NCBI GenBank assembly: GCA_021432655.1
Contig: MU271183.1
Span: 194,926-258,925, forward strand
Length of the DNA: 64,000 nt
Direction: 5' to 3'
From: Atractiella rhizophila
Taxonomy: Eukaryota
Part shown: positions 40,200-50,899 of the stretch, piece by piece
Layout of the letters: every line of letters starts with the position of its first letter
Numbering within the stretch: the stretch's first letter is position 1
Position numbers and translations under genes: made by a program
Notes under the pieces: generated by a model
Seen by the model: the letters and a program-made list of their open reading frames with translations, nothing else
Told to the model about the DNA's origin: nothing
Databases searched by the model: none

Positions 40200-40296
40200 G
40201 ATACATGCTTTATAGTTCATGGCGGTGCCCTTACACATGTATATAAATTGAGATGTAATGGTGATGACCAGGCATTGTACATGCCTAACAGACCAT

Positions 40297-42620
40297 CTAT
40301 TCCTTGATGAACCCCAGACGCCAGTCAAGATAACCCCAAAATTTGCTGTCTATATCTGGTGCATATCGGTAGTCATCTCCATCTCCACCCTCACAAACCC
40401 AGGACCCTAAGCAAAGGTCAAACTCGCTTCCTTCACACTCTCTTAACATGCTCATCGCCCTGCTCATCTCTCCATCCAGCCATGCTCCAAAAAATAGGAG
40501 AACCCTTAAGTGCTTACCTGGGTCCCTAACCCCTCTGTTCCCAAAGAACCAGCAAATGAAATCTAAGAATATAAACCCTTCAAATTCAAACCAGTACACC
40601 ATACAGTACCGAACATTTATTGAGGAGATTGCATTTGCATTTCTGAGGGTATAGAAGAACCTTTGGGGAACAATGTTGGAAGTTTCCTCACCACCATCGA
40701 GGTCAAGGGACTTGAGATGTTTGAGGTATGATAAATCCAGCGGGGTGGTTAGAATGGATGTCTTCCCATCAGGCGAGTAGGACTTGAGCCAGATTGCAAG
40801 TTCTTGTAGGAGTGGTGGCAGACACGAGCCTGAGATGGAGGCAGGGAGGGGACACAGATTGGCAAGGTGCAGCCGTGTTAGGGTTGGTGCAAGGGAGAGG
40901 GATGGGATAGGCGGATACCGATGAAGACATAGATGTTTCAGTTCCGAAGGTAATTCAAGGCCTGTTGATGTTGAAGAGCCAGAGTCTTCCACATTGTGAG
41001 CACGCAACTTTCTGATCCTGCCTCCTATCCTCCGCATAAAATTCTCGATCTCGTCATTCTTCCAACTCCTCCAACCTTGATCGCTAAAACCCACATCATC
41101 TAACCTTGTCAACCCTTCAATAGCATGTAACACAGTCTTTGCCTCCTCTTCATTCCAAAATGCACCTATACGAACTTCTTCAACATTAGGCGTGCCTGCA
41201 ATGATGTCTTTTGCCATCTCAACTCGATTCCTATCGTCAAGCTTCGTACCAGACATAAACGAGAGGGTTCTCCAGAAACGTCCAGCATGGGGATACAGTT
41301 TCAAACGAGCATACAGCTCCTGCACAGGAACATCTTGACGCCAATAAGGGATTGAAACAGTCTTCCAGAGCTGACAGACATCAGAGACTCGCTGGAAGGA
41401 AAGGTCATATTGATCATCTTCAAGATCTTCAATGTATTTTCCGAAAGAAAGGAATATGAAGACGAGAGAGAGTATCTCAGTAGGCAGCTGTGCAATAGTG
41501 CATGGACTAATCCCTGGAGTTCGAGTTGGGGACATGGAGAGTTGGATGATGTAGCCCTCACTGGTGGATGGGATGGCTGATGATTCCGATGCACTGACAG
41601 GAACGAAATTCCCACTAGAGAGGAGTGCAATGAGGTCAAAAATGACCTGAGAGCGATCATCTGGAAGATGGATCATGGATGTGAAGCACCTCATTTGCAC
41701 CTTGTCTGAATCCACAAATGTATGATGTTTCCTGTCCACAAAAGTTACTGTAATACTTTTCTCCTCCAATGTGATGCCAAAGTTCACTACACCATCAGAA
41801 TCAACTGCACTTTCAAGACATTCAAGTGAGAAGTTTGATGATTTCGACGGCCCATATTCCCATGACAGAAACTCAACAGGGAAGACAAAGGTGATCCGGA
41901 GCATGCGAATCAATGGAGGTAGCCGAGAAACGAAAGAGGGAAGAATGGAGATATGCATCGGAGTGTGTTCATCAAGGTGATTTATTGTGTACCAGGGGGC
42001 GATGAGATGAGCCAGTGCGGTTGACTCTGTTCCCTGACCATCCTTGCATGGAATCGACGTTTCCATTTCAATCAAACCTAACGCTCGTTCTATTTGGCTT
42101 TGAGGTTGAACCCTAACATTCACGCAATTTAAAATTGGCAAATGTTAATCAGCAAGAATACACACATATTATTTTCCATGCCAGCCAGCGAATGGTTCCT
42201 GTTGGATAACAACTGACTTGAATAGGGTGGAAGAGTGTAAGGGTGTTGGAGGATCTTGTTGCCTCCCGTTCCCAACAACGCATCATGTTGCGGAGACTCG
42301 TGTCCGAGGGGGGTAACGATGAATGTATCGTCATCAGAAACTGGATGGGGTCCACTGCTATGAAAGATAGCGCCAAAAAGGTTTTGACCACCGTGTCCGA
42401 CAGCAGGAGCATGACCTAGACCTTCTGCACAATATGATCCTCCTTTCTGCACTTCGAGTTGTCTTGTAAGGTCCTCGATGCGTGCTTCATATCTGCTCTC
42501 TTTGTCAGCCTCACTCTTCAAACATACATGGGACTTGCTTGCTGACCATCCGCTGATGCTCATTCTTTATATCCACCAAAGCTTGTCGAATGGCACAGAG
42601 CTGTTGAATCTGCTTGAAGG
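40297..42620 (-). CDS. F-box/LRR-like protein with an upstream Tup1-N-terminal-like coiled-coil exon; 5' end degenerate
   Basis: F-box-like IAQLPTEILSLVFIFL...VSDVCQLWKTVS followed by LxxLxL repeats (LKHLCL, LTRLHL, LQELAI, LKSLDL). Upstream exons join in frame through a GC-AG intron 42538-42493 and a GT-AG intron near 42166-42113. No intact first exon found. Confidence 0.7.
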
Positions 42621-43454
42621 CTGTTATAGGCACCGTTAGCAAACAGAACAAATGCAATTTATTCTTGTGACAAAGGTGTCATCTTTGACAATCGATTGAT
42701 CGAAGAACAAAGACGACAGAATCAAGGTTAACTATTTGCGGCTGCTGCGATATCTGACAATCATTACATCCCTTCGATGTGAGGAGGAAACAAAGGGGTT
42801 GTGATCCTCGAAAATTACGAGGTCAAACAGTTCTGTGAGTCTTTCGGGATATCCCACACATTATTCGGGCACGGGATGACTGTTCCATGTCCGCAGTCCC
42901 ACATCATTTCCTCATTCGCTCACCGTTCTCATTCAACTCCTCTCTCTCATGTCTCATGGCCAATAATTCACTCTCCAAAACCTCCGAGTCAAAAGCCACC
43001 ATATCTATGACTGCGGTCAGAGGTGTCGGTTTTCCGGACAGTCGTGAGGTGTACATCATGAGAAGGAAGGGCAGTCGTTTTAATCGCTTTGGATAAGGGA
43101 TAATTCCTTCAAAGCAATCAATTATAAAGGTTGCGGGTGAGGGCTGCTCCCATGATGTGATTGATCACATGGGGAAGGTTTGCGTCTGCTTGCTTGAAAA
43201 GGTTACGACTGGTTGAACAGTTTTTAACCGAACATCGCCGAATTGCAAGTGGCGAAGAAGAAGTGGATTTGAGAGGTGGAAACCACTTGCGCAAATCTAG
43301 GGCTTTTATGGCAAAGAAAGTATTATGGATCTCGTAGCATAGTCAGAACTTCTAACGCAATATTTTCTTTTGATTACCCGATTCTCCTCGCTCCTAGCCC
43401 AAGTCGCGGTAAACGTACTCGTAGGTATACAACTGGGTATCACATTGCGACATT

Positions 43455-46020
43455 TGGCGGAGGAGGACATCGTCTCTTCCCGTCATGGAAAGGCAAGATA
43501 GATAGAAACTTCGCCCCTAGGAGACAGAGACTCCATAGATTCCCACATTGAGGCGGAAAGTGGATATTTTCTTTCTGCTAACATACTACAACATACCAAA
43601 GTCACAATTCTAATTTCTAATCTAGACAAAAGGGTGCGACTGGAATGAGGAAGTTCAGTCCATATCAAGAGTGAATTTGTCATGGCGTACTGTCTCCTGG
43701 ATATGACAGCTGACAAGGGAAGAAAAGAAGGGATGTGTCCCTCTGTCCTCGTTTGACGATGTTGGATAACCCTAAAGGAAAGGAAGGGCAACAAGACTCC
43801 GGCTTCCAGGGACAATCATTGTCCAAGCATATCTCGATGCATCCATTCTGACTGCTACTCTGGCAAAGCATACCGAGAACGTTGGCCAATGCTGATGCAC
43901 TCTCGGACAATGTGTAGTAAATAATGCCCTGGGTCCAAACACGATGAAGCTATATGCAACGAGATCAAATTAAGTAGAGCTATAATGGGGGGACTTTTCA
44001 AAGCAAAGCAAAGGTTTTAAGGAAAGCGGGATCATACAAAAAGTTTGCAAACAGAGACAAATTGCAAAAACAAATGCGCGGTGAATAGGAATAGCAATAA
44101 AGTGTTCAGTCAGAAGTGTCAATTTTAAACCGGACAAACCAAGTCATGGGAGGTAACTGTTGCTGCAGTATCACGTAACAAACAACAGTCTTTTGGAAAG
44201 TTGATTGTGGTGGCAGAAGAACGGAAGGAAGGAGACTGGTGAGCGGGCTAGGTGCTATAGCCCATATGAACGTAATACAGGACTATGAGTTGGAGGTTGT
44301 GAAGATGACGGATGGACTGGTACAGAATGAAATTAATAAACAAGGCGTGCTCTCAACCAAACCGATCCTTGGTGCTCCTCAGTTCTGATGCTGACGGCAT
44401 TGATCGATCTATTGTGCCTTTTGAACAGCGTAAGCTGCGCAGGCTTTTTGGGTCATCTCGTTCCTCTCGTTAGCGCTTGTAACATCCTGGGCAACGAGAC
44501 AGCATAGACTTAGTCTGTTTCTCCCTGCTTCTGCACTGAGGAGCGACGTACTCGGTATCGTCTGGTCCTCTCATATCCACACTCATCCTCCTCCCTCTCT
44601 GGTAACTCCCCCACCCGCTCATTCCACTCATCCCAGTAATACTAGGGAGCCTCGGCCTCCCCATCCCCGTCCCAGTCGATGGCCTTTGTATCCCGATGCC
44701 CAAGTTTCCCATTTCCCGATCAACGTCCATCATATCGTCCGGTTGGTAGTGAGAGTGATTGTATTCGCTGCTCGTTCTCGACGAGGGAGAGGGGCTGGAG
44801 GAGCGTCCCCAGGAAGAGCCGGAGGAGGAGACGGGGGAAGCGGACCGGAGGGGTTGGGATTGGGTAGGTTGCGGAGAGGGGGCCCTCATGCCGAACATTC
44901 CTCTGGCTTGCTGAGGCTGCTGCTGCGTTTGAGGCCCTGGACTTGGTGCTCTTCTACCGAAGAGGCCCCCTGATGATGGAGGCGGAGCCGGTGGCCGTGT
45001 GGCTTGAGGCGGGGGAGTCGAGGCTCTCATTCCACCGAAGAGTCCGCGAGAGGGTTGAGTTTGGGGTTGTGTAGGAGGACGTGTCCGCATGGGAGGAAGT
45101 TGAGCGTTTGCGATGTTCGTCGAAGCAGAGGGGGTTCTCCCGAATAAGGTCGGACGAGGTTGCTGTTGGGCTTGGGATTGGGAGTAAGAAGGGGAGGGAG
45201 CAGCTTGAGCGTGCGCAGGAAAAGTCGCAGTTGAAGGACGGGGTGGGGGGATGGCTGCACGTACAGACGGGGGGTTCGGGGGACTCTTACTACTACTACT
45301 GGTGGAACTCCTGCCAAACAATCCGCCTGTCCCGCTTCGGTTCCTCGACGAGTTGTTGGCGTACATTTTAAATGGCACGATGACAGATTTGAGCGCTGGA
45401 TCGTTACTAACTCGTGGAAGGGTACGATACTCCCGATTATAATATGCGACGAGGTGCCAGCGCTCGACTGTCCCGTTCGATACCTGTCGATTGATACAGA
45501 TGGAGGCTCTGGTGAGAGGAAGCACGCCCGTTGGATAGTCGCGTTCGGTATAAGTGAGAAAGACGCCGGACATCCTGGACTGCCCGCACTGATGTTATCG
45601 ATCGATCAAGGAATAATAACAACTGGTTAGTTCATTTTCTCTGACGCAGTTCGAGAAGGAATTTGCACCTTCAGGTGATCAGTCCATCGCATCATCCCGC
45701 TTTTACCTTCCTCAAACACAAAGACGGCGCCATGCTGGATTAGCTCTTCCCTCTCCTGCTCGTCTAACCTTCTAGGCATGTCAACGAGCTTCCCAACAAC
45801 ACACGCGTGTACGATCTTTTCCACGTCGGTGATGTCTGCTACGTATCCATACCACGTAGCTTGCAACGACATATTACTTAGTGAGCCTGCGTTGGTTCGT
45901 CGTGGGAGGGTGGTAGGTTCGTTTCTGTAGACTTTGTTCGCTGTGAGAGGGCATCAAGCGACCTGCTCTTCATATATTGGTCGGATAGTGATAAACAAGG
46001 TTGGAGAAGATGAGCAATTT
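43455..46020 (-). repeat. Left arm of inverted duplication (WOPR gene, ~150 bp promoter, ~1 kb downstream)
   Basis: Reverse complement matches 54240-56990, for example atatccactttccgcctcaatgtgggaatctatg. Confidence 0.9.
44453..45872 (-). CDS. Gti1/Pac2 family (WOPR) transcription factor, copy 1 (full length)
   Basis: LQATWYGYV..D..KIVHAC..G.L..MPRRL...ER..LI.HGAVFVFEE.KSGMMRWTD, intron, CGQSRMSGVFLTYTE...LTRASI...WHLVAYY. Pro/Gln/Ser-rich tail. Last exon MLQALTRGTR*. Confidence 0.92.
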
Positions 46021-49000
46021 GTTGCTGAAAGAAAGTTGGGGATGATTGAGGGACCAAACGACGCCGAAACCCAATCAACGGGAGTGTAACAAGAAGACTG
46101 ACAAGAAGATATGCACACCAGGAGAAAAGAAAGATGAAGAGTCTCCACAACTATCTCGATGTTGACCGATACGAGGAATCACCAACTCTTTAGCGCTTCT
46201 ATGTAGAAGGTCGAATCGAAGGAGGAGAGACCTAACCTGCTCCAAGAACTCAGGGACACCAAAGAAGCCGCAGCGAAATTTAGGCGCCTCTGCATCTGAG
46301 ATTTGAGCTCCTCCAGCTTAAATTTGTGAGGCTTAGAAAACGTACCATACGATCCTGACTCTCGGTTCTGAAGACAAAATGGTTCCTCGCTCGACGAACT
46401 TATTGAGGAGACCACCGTACATCGCCTGAAGCCAACACCGAGCTCGAAGTTTTGAAGCGTGCCGAAATGTGTGAGCAATTCTGCACCGAGCGCGTAGGTC
46501 CAGATGTTGAGGAAGGAGAGCTCCCTAGTTGCTGCGAAGGAGGCATTCGCAACTTTTAACGCAAAACTAGACGGAAGTGAACCTTGCGCCCAAATTTAGA
46601 ATGGGATGACCGATGGAAGGGAGTCTATGCACCTGAAGTAGGATAACGTGCGCTGTGTCTGTAGAGGATACGCTATAGTCCTCTCAATCTCCATCGTCCA
46701 AAAAATGAGAGAAAGCACCGTACGACTTGTTGAATCTCACATCCCTTCGGAATGATAGGGCATGTCTCGTCCAATCCGTAAAATGCAGAAGGGACGGTAT
46801 GCCACGTACTGAGGTTCCCTCACTTCTTGAAATGTTCCGCGTACTCGTTGTTGCAGGATTTCCACTCGGTGTCGCCTTTCCTCCCTTCCCGGCACGCGAA
46901 CGAGAACCGGTCAGCCCATCGACTAGCTCAATCGACTCGGCCGGGATGATCACCAATCGCCAATCCGTGCAATCTGAGAAGCTGGTTTGGGAATATTTGC
47001 CAGAGATGGAACAAGATAATTGCTTCTTCTGAGTGAATGAGCCACAGAGCTGGAGTAATCGCATGCCGCAATACGTCATACTGGGCTTTGCAGTGGTCTC
47101 ACCAACTTGAACCTTCCAAGGCCAACGCGCAAAGGATTTCTACTCAATGGGGAATAAAAAGGACTTGCAATCGAGAAGCCGAATCACGAAAATCGTCGCC
47201 TTCTTCCTTTCTCTTGGCTGTCTCACTTCAGACTTCTGCGGTTGCTTGGGATACGAGTTGGGTATGGCAAGGGTATGGACTTGCTTCCACTGGTATCTTC
47301 CTGCCTTGGATCCTCCTGCCTTGGGTCCTCAACTCCAAACACCCGTATTTCCCCCAACGATAGAAAAAAATGGCATCAAGCCTTGAAGTTAGCAAATACC
47401 AAATTAATTGGAACTACTGGCAACATGTTCAAAATTGTGCTCCTTCCAAACAATTCTCGTTCGTTACAAGAAAACTGCAAGGATGAATACTGCTACTGGA
47501 AATGGGTATAAGGCTCAAGGGAACTGAACTTCTACGACAAATCAGGAATTGGTATCTCTCATAGATTTGTGTGGAACCTCATTCGTATCAAGAGCAAAGA
47601 TTTATTAATAAGAGAACCAAGAATACTTCTTTTCTCAGCCGGAGTGTAGGCGAGGAGCAAGGTTTGAGAGGATATGGAAGGGGTATGTGAAAAAACTGAA
47701 AGTGAAAGGATGCTAGAATTCCATCGTCTGAATTCCGCATCCCATTATGATTGCTATGCTGGCGACCCAGGAGACGAACATTTCAATCACTCGCATTCAC
47801 GAGCATCCTAGCCTGCTGAGGAGACCCCCTTCACTTGTGTCACCTTCGGTCAGAGGCGATGTGCTCCGTCCTCGGAGAGGGAGATGGTGAAAAGCATGAA
47901 GAAGGGCCGCTCAGATGAAGTTACTCCCCGTCACGATCTATCCTCTCCATAGGCATTGGATATTGAATATTGAATGAGGTAGTGATCCTCGAGCAACCTC
48001 GAGCATGGTTCTCTCCCCGGACTTCGAAGTTGTCAATGAAATAAGCAGGGAAGCTTCCGAGAAACGGATGGCGCCGATAAGATCCTCCATAATGAAAACG
48101 GTTCTCTAGGATACGAGACACAACACATACTATGTGTTACGCAGAACTTTAATACATCCAGATCGTTAACACCATGCATCAAAGTCATTCAAATTCTCAT
48201 CAATCCCCTAGATATTCTGAATTCAGAATCTCCTACTAGTAAAGCATATGCAACCTTTGTCTCCCAACATGAAGATAATTTTAGCAGTATTCCCTTTTGA
48301 ATATCAATGAAAATATGCATTGCCTTATCAGGTGTTTTCCCGAGGGAATATTCGCTCTAATCGCGTTTTTTTTGCTCAAATTCAAGAGAAATGACAAAAT
48401 CAGCGTTTCTCGAAGTGACTTTCCCATCCATTCACGAATAACTGAAAGCCAGCTATGTTAAAATGCCAAACTCGAGTACCGCTAATTCGGATCCATTTGA
48501 AGTGTTATATCTCAAAGATATCCTCCGTTTCAAAAAATTTGTATGCCTATAGTCTACGCTTGTATTGAGGTTTTTCAGGGTGTTATTTCTCTGCCAGTGC
48601 GCTAAGTTTCAGTCGTCAGCGCATAAGCTTCAACGTCGAAACTTACGAAATTGATTCATACTCTAGTGTACTAATGCTCCTCCTTGCTTCCTAACTATTG
48701 TGTTCTTCCAGACGAGAGTATATCAGGCAATTTCAACCGCAGTTGCAACGGAAGAAGCAAAGGGCGCTTGTTAGTAACAGCCACAGATTGCGTTTCAAAC
48801 CACGCAAAACATATCGGAAACAAGGCTGAAACTCGTCCAGTCTATTTTTATGATTGAGAAGACGGGATCTCTTTTTGGAACAGGAACGTCTTGGAAATCG
48901 GAAACCGGTTTCAGTCCTTCCCCGCTTGACTGTCAAAATGCGAACATCTCAATCATTTGCATTCATGGGCATCCTGGCCTGCCGAGGAGAGCCCCTTCAC

Positions 49001-49556
49001 TTGTGTCACCTGCGGTCAAAGGCGATGTGCTCTGTCCTCGGAGCGGGAGATGAAGAGCCTGAAGAGGGGACGCTCGGTGAAATTACTCCGTGTCAGGATC
49101 CGTCCTCTCTATAGGCCATTGAATATTGAATATTAAATGAGATAGAGTGTCGCCTCTTCTTTGGCCTCATACTCATCGTGATCATGAGATACACGGCTTC
49201 AAGCTTCTGTTTGCAAGGCGAACAAGGCAAGGTCTCACAATCTCCCGCTCACGGGGTATCTAGGCCTCGGTACTAGGCATCATCAGAGAAGAGCTCTTTG
49301 TCAAGCAATAAAAATTTGGCCCGTCTAGGTCCTCCCAAATCAAACTATGGAATATGGGAATAGCGACTTCCCGTTTCCGTCAGACACATGCAGCAAAGTT
49401 GCCGCGACCCGACCCACGAACTCCATTTACAGTAGCTATATTATCTAGCCCTCGAGCTGCCAAAAGCACCTAGAGTGTTGAAAATCACGCAACCAGAAAC
49501 AGAAACCCAGAATGAATCACATTAGCATTGGCGCTCTGTCCCACTTTTTTTTATTG

Positions 49557-49664
49557 AAGACTGTAAGGACACCCGCTTTTCATAAGGCTGTAAGGACACC
49601 CGCTTTTCATAAGACTGTAAGGACACCCGCTTTTCACAAGACTGTAAGGACACCCGCTTTTCAT
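49557..49664. repeat. 27-bp x4 minisatellite AAGACTGTAAGGACACCCGCTTTTCAT
   Basis: Four contiguous units with two substitutions and no spacers. Confidence 0.95.
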
Positions 49665-49970
49665 TTCGAGCTTCCACAATGAAACAAGCAAAGACTCGTC
49701 AGATTACCGAAAGAGTTTCACGTCATAGCTAGGACCGCATACTGGCGCCATGCAGCGCTTCGCGCTTACCAATGTCCTGAATCTCAACTGTATTGTGCAT
49801 AGAAACGTCGGATGAGATTTGCATGATATTAACATCGGTTGCTATTCATCAGCAGGAACCACTCTTCTTCGTTTCTGAGAGTTGTCACGAATGCAATACG
49901 ATAGAATATTGATTCAAATTAACAACAAAATAGTGGGCGACGTCACAAACAGGAGCTTGTAAAGAAGAAA

Positions 49971-50019
49971 ACATTATGCAAAGATCAACATTATGCAGAG
50001 ATCCACATTATGCAGAGAT
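49971..50019. repeat. 17-bp x3 tandem repeat ACATTATGCAGAGATCM
   Basis: acattatgcaaagatca acattatgcagagatcc acattatgcagagat. Confidence 0.85.
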
Positions 50020-50213
50020 GTGTTACATATGTGTACACGAAACGTTCGAAGCCTTCTGGAGCTTCCCTCCTCATCAAACTCACTGGGTCTCAATAAATTG
50101 GAAAGAGCAAATCACTCCATGCCCACAATAACGCCCGCGAAACCTGCAAGCAGACTAGCACACTCCACAACCTCACACAAAGAACCAACAGGCTCCCTTC
50201 GTCCAGAGGTCTT

Positions 50214-50899
50214 ATGTCTTTGCAACCTACTTGGTACGGTTACGTAGCTGACATCACCGACGTGGAGAAGATCGTTCACGCTTGTGTTGTAGGGTTACTA
50301 GTTGACATGCCCAGAAGGTTAGATGAGCAGGAGAGGGAAGAGCTAATCCAGGACGGCAGCGTCTTCGTCTTTGAGGAAGGCAAAAGCGGGATGATGCGAT
50401 GGGAAGATCATTTGAAGGTGCATATTCCTTCTCGAACTGTATCAGAGAAAATTAAGAACTAACTGGTTGTCATTATTCCTTAATCGATCAACAACATCAG
50501 TACAAGCAGTCCAGAATGTCCGGCGTCTTTCTCACTTATACTGAACGCGGCTACCCAATCGACGCGCTTCCTCTTACCAGAGCCTCCATCTGTATCAACA
50601 GACAGGTATCGAACTCGACAGTCGAGCGCTGGCACCTCGTCGCATATTACAATCGGGAGTATCGTACACTTCCACGAGTTAGTAATGATCTAATCAATTT
50701 CCACTCGCTGTCGCGTTTCCTCCCTTCCCGGCAGCGACAAGAGGGAAGAATTGAGCGCCATTCCCCGCGTAGGCTGGCGCCGTTGCGATGGCCAAAGGCT
50801 CTGCACCAGTCGCGGTGGGACCTGGGTACCCGACTTGGCTTTCGTCGGGAAAGAGGTCAGGGGATGCTGATGCTAGTTATTTTCATTGGCGGCGGTTAG
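50214..50899 (+). CDS. WOPR copy 2: DNA-binding domain only, homology ends at 50690, unrelated Arg-rich tail (truncated paralog or pseudogene)
   Basis: Exon 1 50214-50417, intron 50418-50500, exon 2 homologous up to RVSND. RWED replaces RWTD. Frame is open to TAG at 50899. Confidence 0.8.

Larger units (their letters stand above)
32366..40275 (+). repeat. ~4 kb tandem duplication (32366-36390 / 36391-40275)
   Basis: Paired near-identical ORFs at offsets of ~4000-4026 (32726/36752, 33679/37699, 34568/38589, 35695/39697). Junction ggca|attgccgatc with ATTG microhomology. Confidence 0.95.

Noticed and set aside
46179..48120. Minus-strand LRR-like and other coding-like fragments in the WOPR spacer
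   Set aside because: Interrupted by stops, frames are not conserved in the duplicate at 51.6-52.8 kb, and no family could be assigned.
48120..48700. AT-rich block as a CACTA, Helitron or MITE
   Set aside because: Only a TAGTG/CTAG end is visible, with no matching terminus or TSD.
49557..49664. 27-bp repeats as a CRISPR array
   Set aside because: Units are contiguous with no spacers, the context is eukaryotic and there are no cas genes.
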